This document shows positions 29,148 through 37,781 of a stretch of 64,000 nt of DNA, piece by piece; position 1 is the stretch's first letter; each line of letters begins with the position of its first letter. The stretch comes from Candidatus Aminicenantales bacterium (GTDB taxonomy: Bacteria > Acidobacteriota > Aminicenantia > Aminicenantales > Saccharicenantaceae), in NCBI GenBank assembly GCA_049512315.1, contig JBEKXF010000030.1, forward strand, positions 1-64,000. Direction: 5' to 3'. The position numbers were made by a program, and so were the translations under genes. The notes beneath the pieces are model-generated. The model was not told the origin of the DNA. It made no database searches and was given only the letters and a program-made list of their open reading frames with translations.

Positions 29148-30421
29148 CGTTTCTCCTTTTCAACGAACGGGCAGTCGGCGAGACGGGCCAGGCCGCGGAC
29201 GATGTCGTCCGCCAGCGTCCGGCAATCCGGTGCCCCGCAGGCCCCGCAGTCCTTGCGCGGCAGATTCGCGATGAGCTTTTCCCGGCGCTTGGCCTTGAGG
29301 ATGGCCCGGGCGGGGTCGGGGTCGAGGGGCGGCGTTTCGACGGGCGCCACGGGGTGGTCGAACGACAGGAAATTCTTGTGGTAGAGCCGGCTCATGTCCT
29401 TGTGGTCGACGACGGCCCGGTCCCCCGCCGCGTCGACGAGCTGGAGGATGCGGCTCTTCGCCAGGAAACGGTTCTCCACCTGGAGCGGCCCGCCGACGCA
29501 TCCGTCCGGGCAGACCGTGCACTCGAGGAGGTCGATGTCCTGGAGGAGGCCCGCCTCGACCTGGTCCAGGACCCGCATGGTGTCCTGGACCCCCGAAACG
29601 GCGACGGCCCGGTGGTTCTTGAACCCCCGGGTCTCGCCGCCGGAGAGGGACCAGCCCATCCCGATCCCGCTGAACAGGGTTTCCGGGAAAAGATGGCGCA
29701 TGAGCGCGTCATCCTGGCTCTTCCGGAGGGAGTTGAGGACCTGCGGGTAGATGTCCCGGATCGAGATCGCCCCGTCGAGGTAAGATTTTTCGAGGGTCGC
29801 GGGGCTGTTGATGGAAACCATCTTCGCCGGGCAGGGCGTCAGGTGGATGATCCCGATCTTTTCGGGCGGCAGGTGCAGGGCCCTGGGCAGGATGGCCCTG
29901 AGGATCTTGGCCGCGATCTCCCGGGGCGGCTCGATCGGCAGAATCTGCCTGCAGAGCGCGGGGTAGCGCCGCTGGATGAGCCGGACGACGACCGGGCAGG
30001 TGGAGGTGATGAACGGCCGGGGCTGGGGATGCTCGTTGAGGTATTCCTCGATGGCGGCCGTGTTGAGCTCGCAGATCGCGCTGGGGTCGTAGACCTCGTC
30101 GAACCCGATCCGGCGCAGGGCGGAGAGAATCTCGTTGGGCAGAGTCGTGCTGCCGAACTGCCCATAGATCACGGTCGAAGGGATGGCCACCTTATAGGCG
30201 AAGGCGTCGAGGGCCGCGAACGACGTCGTGTGGGAGTGGACGGCGTCGTAGGGACAGAAGCGAAGACATTCACCGCAGTCGATGCAGTACTCGTCGATGA
30301 TCCGGGCTTTCCCGTCCTTGACCCGGATCGCCTTGGTCGGACAGACGGTCATGCAGTGGACGCAGCCGACGCATTTGTCCTTCGTGATATGGATCGCGTG
30401 ATAATGCTGTGTTTCTTTCAT
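29144..30421 (-). CDS. Divergent, putatively sensory [FeFe]-hydrogenase-like protein with a C-terminal Fe-S domain
   Basis: N-terminal 2x[4Fe-4S]; H-cluster-like motifs TSTCPVV, TPCPAK, ECTVCPDGCVGG; C-terminal LPRKDCGACGAPDC. Confidence 0.85.
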   Translation of the reverse strand: MKETQHYHAIHITKDKCVGCVHCMTVCPTKAIRVKDGKARIIDEYCIDCGECLRFCPYDAVHSHTTSFAALDAFAYKVAIPSTVIYGQFGSTTLPNEILSALRRIGFDEVYDPSAICELNTAAIEEYLNEHPQPRPFITSTCPVVVRLIQRRYPALCRQILPIEPPREIAAKILRAILPRALHLPPEKIGIIHLTPCPAKMVSINSPATLEKSYLDGAISIRDIYPQVLNSLRKSQDDALMRHLFPETLFSGIGMGWSLSGGETRGFKNHRAVAVSGVQDTMRVLDQVEAGLLQDIDLLECTVCPDGCVGGPLQVENRFLAKSRILQLVDAAGDRAVVDHKDMSRLYHKNFLSFDHPVAPVETPPLDPDPARAILKAKRREKLIANLPRKDCGACGAPDCRTLADDIVRGLARLADCPFVEKEKR

Positions 30422-30833
30422 GGTTGATGTCCGTTCGTGTGGATGGTGATCTCGAGATGGGTCCCCCGGCCGGCCCAAGACTCGATGCGGAAGGCATCGG
30501 CGTTTTTCCTGATGTTCGGCAGCCCCATGCCCGCGTCGCCGTCGAATAACCCTCCGTCATCGCCAGGTCGACGTCCGGGATGCCGGGCCCGCTGTCGTCG
30601 ACGGTGATCCGGACCTCGCCAGGAGATACAGCCAGTTTGACCCGGCCCTCCCAGGCGTACATGATGACGTTCATTTCAGCCTCATAAGAGGCGATGGCGG
30701 CCCGGCGGACGATCGGGGCGTCGAGGCCCAGCTCTTTCAGAAGGTCCTTGATCCGGCAGGCCACGGCCCCGGCCTTGGCGAAGTCGCCTCCCTTGACGGG
30801 AAACTCCTGGCGGAAGACGGCGTCACCGGCCAT
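30418..30833 (-). pseudogene. RsbT/anti-sigma-type Ser/Thr kinase, frameshifted at 30534/30535
   Basis: YEAEMNV, DDSGPGIPDVDLAMTEGYSTA in one frame; AGMGLPNIRKNADAFRIES continues in another frame and ends in an ATGA overlap with the next gene. Confidence 0.8.
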
Positions 30834-31176
30834 GGATCCTGCCCCCGAAGAGAGCCGAGATCCGCGAACACGCCTCGAACATCGGTAGCTTCGTGGCGAT
30901 GAGCGGCAGGCCCTTCGCCCGGGCCTGCTCGAGGACGTCCGCGCCCGGGCGCTTGCCCTGGACAAAGACGACCGCCGCCATGTCGGCCACCGAGCACGTA
31001 GAGATAACGTGGGGATTAGCCAGGCCCGTCAAGAGGAAGGAGCCGGGCTCGGCGGAGGTCAGGACATCGCTCATGAGATCAGAGGCGAAGACCGCCGGGC
31101 ATTCGAGCCCGAGGGGGCTCCCAGGCGTCAGCAGCTCGCCGTTGATCCCGGTCATGATATCCTTCAGCGTGATCAT
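30823..31176 (-). CDS. DRTGG-domain protein
   Basis: ASDLMSDVL, LLTGLANP, FVQGKRP. Confidence 0.85.
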   Translation of the reverse strand: MITLKDIMTGINGELLTPGSPLGLECPAVFASDLMSDVLTSAEPGSFLLTGLANPHVISTCSVADMAAVVFVQGKRPGADVLEQARAKGLPLIATKLPMFEACSRISALFGGRIHGR

Positions 31177-31253
31177 CGGAGTTTCGCCTCCCGTCGGATC
31201 TTGCGGGGTCCTTTCCTCCCGGCCTCGCCGGACAGCCCCTGGCCCCATTCTCT

Positions 31254-31282
31254 ATTATATGATGAGGGTGGCGGGCAGGCAA
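31254..31282 (-). promoter_or_regulatory. sigma70 promoter of the DRTGG/sensor operon
   Basis: TTGCCT-17 bp-TATAAT. Confidence 0.7.
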
Positions 31283-31369
31283 GGCGCGTCCTTTGATCGG
31301 TCCGGGGCCGGGCTTTTTCTTCCGTCGGGGGAAAGACGGTCCGGGGATGACCCGCGGAGGCGAGGCCAT

Positions 31370-31414
31370 AAAAAAGGCCGGAGGGAGGAGGGTTTCCCCC
31401 TCCTCCCCCCGGCC
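31370..31414 (-). terminator. Rho-independent terminator after the glutamate-synthase-family gene
   Basis: Long GC stem followed by a T6 run on the minus strand. Confidence 0.85.
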
Positions 31415-31440
31415 GGAGGTAAATCAGCCCGTCGAGGCGC

Positions 31441-33019
31441 TTATTTCGCCTTGAGGATCTTCTGGACCTCGGACTTGTCGACGTCCGTGATGTACGGAAT
31501 GCCGCTGATGTCCGACGCCTCTTTCGTCAGGGAGGCGAGGTCGTCCCGGGTGATGTAGTCCAGAGTGAACTTACGCCCCCCCGCCATGAACTGCCGCAGG
31601 CCCTGGCTCAGCCGCTTGAAGTAGGTGTAAAGACCGATCGCGCCCGTCGGCAGGTCATCGAACCGTTTCCCGTATTTTTTCTTGAGCTCGGGGGCCGTGA
31701 CGAAGATCTCCTCTTTGCTCGTGCCGAAGCGTTCGACGTAGACGGGCATCTGGCCGTCCGTGATCCGGCTGCCGATCGTCTTGCCCACCATGGCCGACGC
31801 CAGGGGGGACCGGGCCATGCCCACGCACTTGACGAAGGGCGCGCCGAGGGCCAGGGCCTTGAAGATCTGGTCCTCGAAGGTGATGCCGCCGGCGAAGGCG
31901 ATATCGGGGACGAATTCGCCCTGCTTCTTGAGCTGGGCGGCGTACATGTAGGTCAGCGACCAGATCTCGACGGTCGGGACGCCCCACTCGTTCATCATCC
32001 GCCAGGGGCTCATGCCCGTGCCGCCGCCGGCCCCGTCCACGGTCAGGAGGTCGAGCTTGGCCTTGGAGGCGTATTTCACGGCCCGGGCCAGGTCGGCGGG
32101 CCGGTAAGCGCCCGTCTTGAGGAAGACGTGCTTGGCGCCGAACTTGCGGAGCTCCTTGACCCGCTTCATGAAGTCCTCTTCGTCGACCATCCCCAGGCGG
32201 GAATGGCGCTCAAATTCCTTGAAGCTGCCCTTCTCGAAGGCCGCGATGATGTTGGGGTCCTCGGGGTCGGGAAGGACGATGTAGCCCCTCTTCTTAAGCA
32301 TCTGGGCCTTCTTGAGGGTCTTGATCTTGACCTCGCCGCCGATGTCCTTGGCGCCCTGGCCCCACTTGAGCTCGACAACATCGACGCCGAGTTTGTCGAG
32401 GGCGTATTCCTGGGTGCCCAGGCGGGTGTCCTCGACGTTGGACTGGACGACGACCGCGCCGTAGCCGGGCTCCTGCCAGTCCTTGTAGGACTTAACCCGC
32501 ATCTCCATGTCGGGCGAGCGGACGATCCGGCCGTTCTTGATCTCGGACTCGTCGTCCATGCCGCAGACGTTCTCCCCGACGGTCAGGATGGACCCGGAGA
32601 TGGCCGCGCCGACGGCCAGGCCGGGCCAGTTCTGCTTGGCGACGTTGGTCGAGCCCATGCCGGAGATGATGAACGGGACCTTGAGCTTGATCCCCTCGCC
32701 GCGGCCGATCTTGGTCTCGATGGTCACCTTCTCGAAGGTCGCCTTGTCGCTGTCGGCCGGCACACCGCAGGCGCCCTTGGCCGTGCCCATGATGCTGAAG
32801 TGGGACAGGTCGACGGGGTAGTCCTTCTCGCCGCCCGCGGTGATGATCCCGAACGGCTGAGGGTAGAGGACCTCGGCCCCGCGGTAGGCGGACTTCCCGA
32901 TCTCGCACATCCCGATGCACCCGTCGACGCAGGTCACGCACATCCCGCTGAAGGGACTGACGGATCCCTCGGTCCGTCAGGGTGGCTGCGCTTCGGTTGA
33001 GTCTCGTGAAACTCGGCAT
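31441..33019 (-). CDS. Stand-alone FMN-binding glutamate synthase family protein; frameshift near the 5' end (32975/32976), intact ORF 31441-32943
   Basis: ELKWGQGAKDIGGE, LKTGAY, DGAGGGTGMSP, AGGI...KALALGA; N-terminal CxxCxxxCxxxC; GAGGAGG RBS precedes the out-of-frame ATG at 33019. Confidence 0.85.
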
Positions 33020-33079
33020 GAAATTACCTCCTCATATCCTTTGTTGTTTTATCTTCATGGTCATGAATCATGGCCACAG

Positions 33080-33760
33080 TCAGGTTTTTTCCCGGACGCA
33101 GGTCCCGCACCGGCCGGCGTCGTACATCCAACACTGGAGGTCGTCGTAATAGTCGAGGCAGGTCGGGTCCATGGTCAGGCAGCCGTTGCAGAGAGTCGTC
33201 TCCGCCTGCGGGCCCTGGCAGCGGAGCTGGCAGGCGGGGCAGACGTACATGCAGGCGCCGCACAGCCGGCAGGTCTCCGAGCGGATGTCGAAAGGGGTCG
33301 AGATCTTCGTCTTGTAGCCCCGCTGCTGGAAGCCGATGGCCCGGGCGTCCATCTGCTCCGCGCAGATCCGGACGCACCGGCCGCAGAGGATGCACTCCTC
33401 GTGCCGCGGCTCGAACCGGACCTGGGTCACCCCGAACTGCGAGGCCAGATCCTGGAGGACCTTGGACCCGGGGGCGACCGAGACCATGAGCTCGATCATC
33501 ATCTTCCGGGCCGCGATGACCCGCTTCGTGTCCGTCCGGACGACGAGCCCCTCCTCGACTGGATAGGTGCAGGAGGAGACGAGCTTGGCCCTGGTGCCCT
33601 CGCCGATCTCGACGACGCAGAGCCGGCACCCGCCGTAGGGAGTCAGCCCCTCGTAATAGCACAGGGTCGGGATCTCGAGCCCGTAGAACTTGGCCGCCTC
33701 GAGGATGGTCCAGCCCTCCTCGGCGCTCACTTCCAAGCCGTTCATGCGAAAGGTGATCAT
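33080..33760 (-). CDS. Short NuoG/HydA-N-terminal-like Fe-S subunit without an H-cluster (BfuA-like)
   Basis: IPTLC...GGCRLCVVE...SSC ([2Fe-2S]); CILCGRCVRIC; CRLCGACMYVCP; extra Cys-rich tail. Confidence 0.85.
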   Translation of the reverse strand: MITFRMNGLEVSAEEGWTILEAAKFYGLEIPTLCYYEGLTPYGGCRLCVVEIGEGTRAKLVSSCTYPVEEGLVVRTDTKRVIAARKMMIELMVSVAPGSKVLQDLASQFGVTQVRFEPRHEECILCGRCVRICAEQMDARAIGFQQRGYKTKISTPFDIRSETCRLCGACMYVCPACQLRCQGPQAETTLCNGCLTMDPTCLDYYDDLQCWMYDAGRCGTCVREKT

Positions 33761-33768
33761 GTTTTCCC

Positions 33769-35586
33769 TCAGATGATTTGGATGGCCTCTTCGCGCTGGG
33801 CCTCGATGGCCTCGAACCGGCAAGCCTCCTGGCAGGCTCCGCACTTGATGCACTTCGTCTGGTCGATCAGGTGGACATCTTTCAGCGTCCCCTTGATGGC
33901 CTGCGTCGGGCAGGCGTTCTTGCAGGATTGGCAGCCGGTGCACTTCTCGGCGACGACGACGTAGCGGATGAGGGCCTGGCAGACGCCCGCCGGGCACCGC
34001 TTGTCCAGGATGTGGGCTTCGTACTCGTGGCGGAAATACTGGAGGGTGGTGAGAACCGGGTTGGCCGCCGTCTGGCCGAGGCCGCAGAGAGAGGCGTCCT
34101 TGCATGTCCGGGCCACTTCCTCGAGGACCTCGAGGTCCTTCTCCGTGCCCTTGCCCTCGGTGATCTTCTTGACGATCTCCCACATCCTCTGGGTCCCTTC
34201 CCGGCAGGACACGCACTTGCCGCAGGATTCGTCGCGGAGGAAGTTGAGGAAATACTTGGCGATATCGACCATGCAGGTCTTGTCGTCCATGACGATCATG
34301 CCGCCCGAGCCCATCATGGCCCCGGCTTCGGTCAGGCTTTCGTAATCGATGGGCAGGTCCAGGAGCTTGGCGGGGATGCAGCCGCCCGACGGCCCGCCAA
34401 TCTGGACGGCCTTAAATTCGTGGCCGCCGGGAATGCCGCCGCCGATGCCGAAGACGATATCCCGGAGGCTGATCCCCATCGGGACTTCGACCAGCCCCGT
34501 GTTGTTGATCTTGCCGACGAGCGAGAAGATCTTGGTGCCCTTGCTCGTCTTCGTCCCGAGGGCCGAGAACCATTTGGCCCCGCGGAGGATGATGTTGGGC
34601 ACGGTGGCCCAGGTCTCGACGTTGTTGATCACGGTCGGCTTTCCCCAGAGGCCCTTATTGGCGGGATACGGGGGTCGCTGACGGGGCATGCCGATCCGCC
34701 CCTCGACCGACGCGATGAGCGCGGTCTCTTCGCCGGAGACGAAGGCTCCCGCGCCCTGGACGATTTCGAGGTCGAAATTGAAGCCGGTCCCCAGGATGTC
34801 CTCGCCGAGCAAGCCGTTTTCTCTCGCCTGCCGGATGGCGATCTCGACGCGCTTGAGGGCCAGCGGGTATTCGTGCCGGATGTAAATGAAGCCCTTCTCG
34901 GCCCCGACGGCCTTGGCCCCGATGACCATGCCTTCAAGGATCGCGTGGGGGTCGGCTTCAAGAACGGACCGGTCCATGAACGCGCCCGGGTCGCCCTCGT
35001 CGCCGTTGCAGATGAGGTACTTGGGCGATCCCTTGGCCGCGCGGCCGGCCGCCCACTTCTTCCCCGTGGGAAAACCGGCGCCGCCCCGCCCCCGGAGCCC
35101 GGAGGCCGTGATCTCGGAGATGATCTTTTCGGACGTCATCTCCGTCAGGGCCTTCCCCATGGCCTCGTAGCCGTCGAAAGCGATGTATTCCTCGGCTTTT
35201 TCCGGGTCGATCCGGCCACGGTTGCGGAGGACGATGAGCCGCTGGTGCTTGAAGAACTCGATGTCCTTCATCTTCGGGATCGGCTCTTTCTCCTCGGGGG
35301 GGATGTACATTAGCTTCTTGACGGGCCGGCCCTTGATCAAATGCTCTTCGACCAGGAAGGGGATGTCCGAGACCTTGAGCTGCTGGTAGAAGACGCCGTC
35401 GGGGTGGACCATGAGGATCGGGCCCCTCTCGCAGAACCCGTTGCAGCCCGTCGCGATGACGAGAATCTCGTCCTGGAGCTTCCGCTTTCGGATTTCCTTC
35501 TCGAGGGCCTCCTTGATCTTGAAGGCCCCGCAGGAAACGCACCCGGTGCCGGCGCAAACCAGAAGATGTGCTCGATATTGTTTCAA
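33769..35586 (-). CDS. HydB/NuoF-like NADH/FMN subunit with N-terminal [2Fe-2S] and C-terminal 2x[4Fe-4S] (BfuB-like)
   Basis: GLRGRGGAGFPTG, GDEGDPGAFMDR, GAGAFVSGEE, GGPSGGC, ESCGKCVSCREG, EAHI..KRCPAGVC. Confidence 0.92.
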   Translation of the reverse strand: MKQYRAHLLVCAGTGCVSCGAFKIKEALEKEIRKRKLQDEILVIATGCNGFCERGPILMVHPDGVFYQQLKVSDIPFLVEEHLIKGRPVKKLMYIPPEEKEPIPKMKDIEFFKHQRLIVLRNRGRIDPEKAEEYIAFDGYEAMGKALTEMTSEKIISEITASGLRGRGGAGFPTGKKWAAGRAAKGSPKYLICNGDEGDPGAFMDRSVLEADPHAILEGMVIGAKAVGAEKGFIYIRHEYPLALKRVEIAIRQARENGLLGEDILGTGFNFDLEIVQGAGAFVSGEETALIASVEGRIGMPRQRPPYPANKGLWGKPTVINNVETWATVPNIILRGAKWFSALGTKTSKGTKIFSLVGKINNTGLVEVPMGISLRDIVFGIGGGIPGGHEFKAVQIGGPSGGCIPAKLLDLPIDYESLTEAGAMMGSGGMIVMDDKTCMVDIAKYFLNFLRDESCGKCVSCREGTQRMWEIVKKITEGKGTEKDLEVLEEVARTCKDASLCGLGQTAANPVLTTLQYFRHEYEAHILDKRCPAGVCQALIRYVVVAEKCTGCQSCKNACPTQAIKGTLKDVHLIDQTKCIKCGACQEACRFEAIEAQREEAIQII

Positions 35587-35595
35587 GGCTCCCTC

Positions 35596-35988
35596 TCAGT
35601 ACACGGTTTCGCTGCCGATCGCCAGGGCGTAATCGGGCACCAGACGGCCGCAGAGGATGTGTTCGGCGAAGATCTTCCTCATTTTCTGCGGGGTGAGGTC
35701 GACATACTTGACCGGCGGCTGGCCCTTGAACTCGACGGTCGCCATCGGTTCCCGGTTGCACAGCCCGGCGCAGCCGGATGTCGCTACGATCACGTCCTGG
35801 ACCTTGTTCTTCCGGACCTCGTCGAGGAGGGCCTCCATGACTTCGCGGGCGCCGGCGGCAATCCCGCACGTGCCCATGTGGACCGTCACCTTCGCCCGGC
35901 CCTCGCTTCCGCGGATGGTCGTCAAGGCCCTCGTTTTTTCGCGGATCTTCGCTAAATCCTGGATGCGGAGTTTCTTCTTTTCGGCCAT
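35596..35988 (-). CDS. Thioredoxin-like [2Fe-2S] ferredoxin subunit (HydD/HndB-like)
   Basis: VHMGTCGIAAGA, SGCAGLCNREP. Confidence 0.85.
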   Translation of the reverse strand: MAEKKKLRIQDLAKIREKTRALTTIRGSEGRAKVTVHMGTCGIAAGAREVMEALLDEVRKNKVQDVIVATSGCAGLCNREPMATVEFKGQPPVKYVDLTPQKMRKIFAEHILCGRLVPDYALAIGSETVY

Positions 35989-36461
35989 CAGCTTTCCTTT
36001 CCTTTCTGATACTTTTTCAGGATCGTGCCGACTTTCCGGATGGTCGCATGGCCGTAGTAGGTTTCGTCGACCACGACGACGGGCCCGATGGCGCAACAAC
36101 CGAGGCAAGCGACCGTCTCCAGGGTGAATTGGTTGTCCTTCGTCGTCCCCCCGGCCTCGATCTCCAACTGGCGCTCGAATTCGTCGAGGATCTTCGGCCC
36201 GCCCCGGACGTGGCAGGCCGTCCCCATGCAGATCAGGCAGGTATGTTTTCCCCGGGGGGTGAGGCTGAAGGCGCGGTAGAACGTGGCCACGCCGAGGACG
36301 TCGATCAGGGACATGCCCAGGGCGTTCGCGACCTCGCGGAGGGACTCGGCGGAAAGGTAATGGTGTTTGTCCTGGATGTCCAGGAGGATGGCGATGAGGT
36401 TCTTCTTGAGCCCCTGGTGCTTCTTGATGATGGATTGGATCTTGTTTTTTTCGACGTCCAA
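35988..36461 (-). CDS. HydC/NuoE-like [2Fe-2S] subunit
   Basis: GVATFY, CMGTACHVRG, VACLGCCAIGP; GAGGAGG RBS before TTG. Confidence 0.92.
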   Translation of the reverse strand: MDVEKNKIQSIIKKHQGLKKNLIAILLDIQDKHHYLSAESLREVANALGMSLIDVLGVATFYRAFSLTPRGKHTCLICMGTACHVRGGPKILDEFERQLEIEAGGTTKDNQFTLETVACLGCCAIGPVVVVDETYYGHATIRKVGTILKKYQKGKES

Positions 36462-36673
36462 AGCTATCCCTCCTCTGGGCGGATGGAATCGGAATCCGGG
36501 CGGTCGGACGCGGAGGCGGTCCTCCTGGACAGGGCGGAGACGGGGAAGTGGCGCAGTGCGGAGGGAGAGGGGGGGGTCGGTCGGCCGACCTTCGAAGCGC
36601 CTAATGCGGCTGAGGACTTCTGGTTAAAAATATAAAACTCCAAAAAGCCAAACGCCACAAAAATAAGATTGGG

Positions 36674-36703
36674 GTTATACCAGAACGAATTCGGCTTTGT
36701 CAA
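36674..36703 (-). promoter_or_regulatory. sigma70 promoter of the HydCDBA-like/glutamate synthase operon
   Basis: TTGACA-18 bp-TATAAC. Confidence 0.6.
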
Positions 36704-36763
36704 GTGCCACCCCCGACCCAAAACGGCGGTTGCGCGGATCGCGGGGACCACGAGGCACGCCGC

Positions 36764-37117
36764 TTAGGGATCGGCGACTTCGATCTCGATCTTTTCGACG
36801 ACGAGGTCCATGCCGCCGACGAGCTCGATGTCCGTCGAGCCGCAGGAGGCGCAGGCGGTCGCCGGGTCTTCGAGAAACGCGTTCCCCCCGCAGCGGCGGC
36901 ACTTGAAATCGAACGGAGCGACCTCGATCTCGAGGCAAGAGCCCTCGGCCAGCGTCCCCTTTTTGATGGTGTCGAAGGCCGATTCGATGAGGTCGGGGAC
37001 GACTCCCGAGAGCCGGCCGACCCGGAGCTTCACGGCCGTGATCCGGACTGCGTTCTGCTCGCGGGCCTTTTCTTCGAGGATCTCGAACAGGCTGGCGACG
37101 ATCGAAAGCTCATGCAC
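36764..37117 (-). CDS. hypA: Hydrogenase nickel metallochaperone HypA
   Basis: MHELS (GTG start), two CxxC motifs. Confidence 0.92.
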   Translation of the reverse strand: MHELSIVASLFEILEEKAREQNAVRITAVKLRVGRLSGVVPDLIESAFDTIKKGTLAEGSCLEIEVAPFDFKCRRCGGNAFLEDPATACASCGSTDIELVGGMDLVVEKIEIEVADP

Positions 37118-37781
37118 GGCCGGCCCGCTCCCGGGCAAGGGCGTCGGCGAAGAAGGCGGCCAGCTTATCCATCCCCTCTCCCTTGAGCGCCGAGACCCGG
37201 AAAACCCTGAGCCGGGGGTTGACGGTCAGAGCTTCCGCGGTCGCCTTGTCCGGGTCGAACGGCAGAAAGGGGACGAGGTCGGATTTGGTCAGGATGAGGA
37301 CGTCCGCCGTTAGGAAGGCCTGGGGGTATTTCTTGGGCTTGTCGTCACCCTCCGGCGACGAGAGGAGGACGCAGCGCAGGCTTTCGCCGAGGTCGAAGCC
37401 GGCCGGGCAGACGAGATTCCCGACGTTCTCGATAAAAAGGAAGTCGATCGCCGCGGGGACGTCCGGGAGGACCTTGCCGACCATTTTCGCCTCGAGATGG
37501 CAGGCCCCGCCGGTCGTGATCTGCCAGGCCGGGACGCCCTTGGCCCGGATGCGCTCGGCGTCGCGTTCGGTCTCGATATCACCCTCGATGACGGCCATCC
37601 GGTATGTCGTCCCCATCCGGTCCGCCAGAGCCTCGAGGAGGGCCGTCTTGCCCGAGCCCGGTGAGCTCAGGAGATTGACGCAGAGGATGCCGCGGCTCCG
37701 GAGCTCCCGCCTGATCTCCGCGGCGACCTGCTTGTTGGTCCCGAGGAGGTCCTTGAGGACGAGGACGTCTTTTTTCGTCAC
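37110..37781 (-). CDS. hypB: Hydrogenase nickel GTPase HypB
   Basis: SSPGSGKT, GGACHLEA, ENVGNLVCPA, EGDDKPKKYP. Confidence 0.95.
   Translation of the reverse strand: MTKKDVLVLKDLLGTNKQVAAEIRRELRSRGILCVNLLSSPGSGKTALLEALADRMGTTYRMAVIEGDIETERDAERIRAKGVPAWQITTGGACHLEAKMVGKVLPDVPAAIDFLFIENVGNLVCPAGFDLGESLRCVLLSSPEGDDKPKKYPQAFLTADVLILTKSDLVPFLPFDPDKATAEALTVNPRLRVFRVSALKGEGMDKLAAFFADALARERAGRA

Noticed and set aside
32974..32982. CCC-TGA as a programmed +1 frameshift site
   Set aside because: The TGA is in the destination frame rather than the initiating frame, and residues appear to be missing; a deletion fits better
36694..36709. TGGCAC on the minus strand as a second sigma54 promoter
   Set aside because: No GC at the -12 position; it overlaps a good sigma70 -35 box
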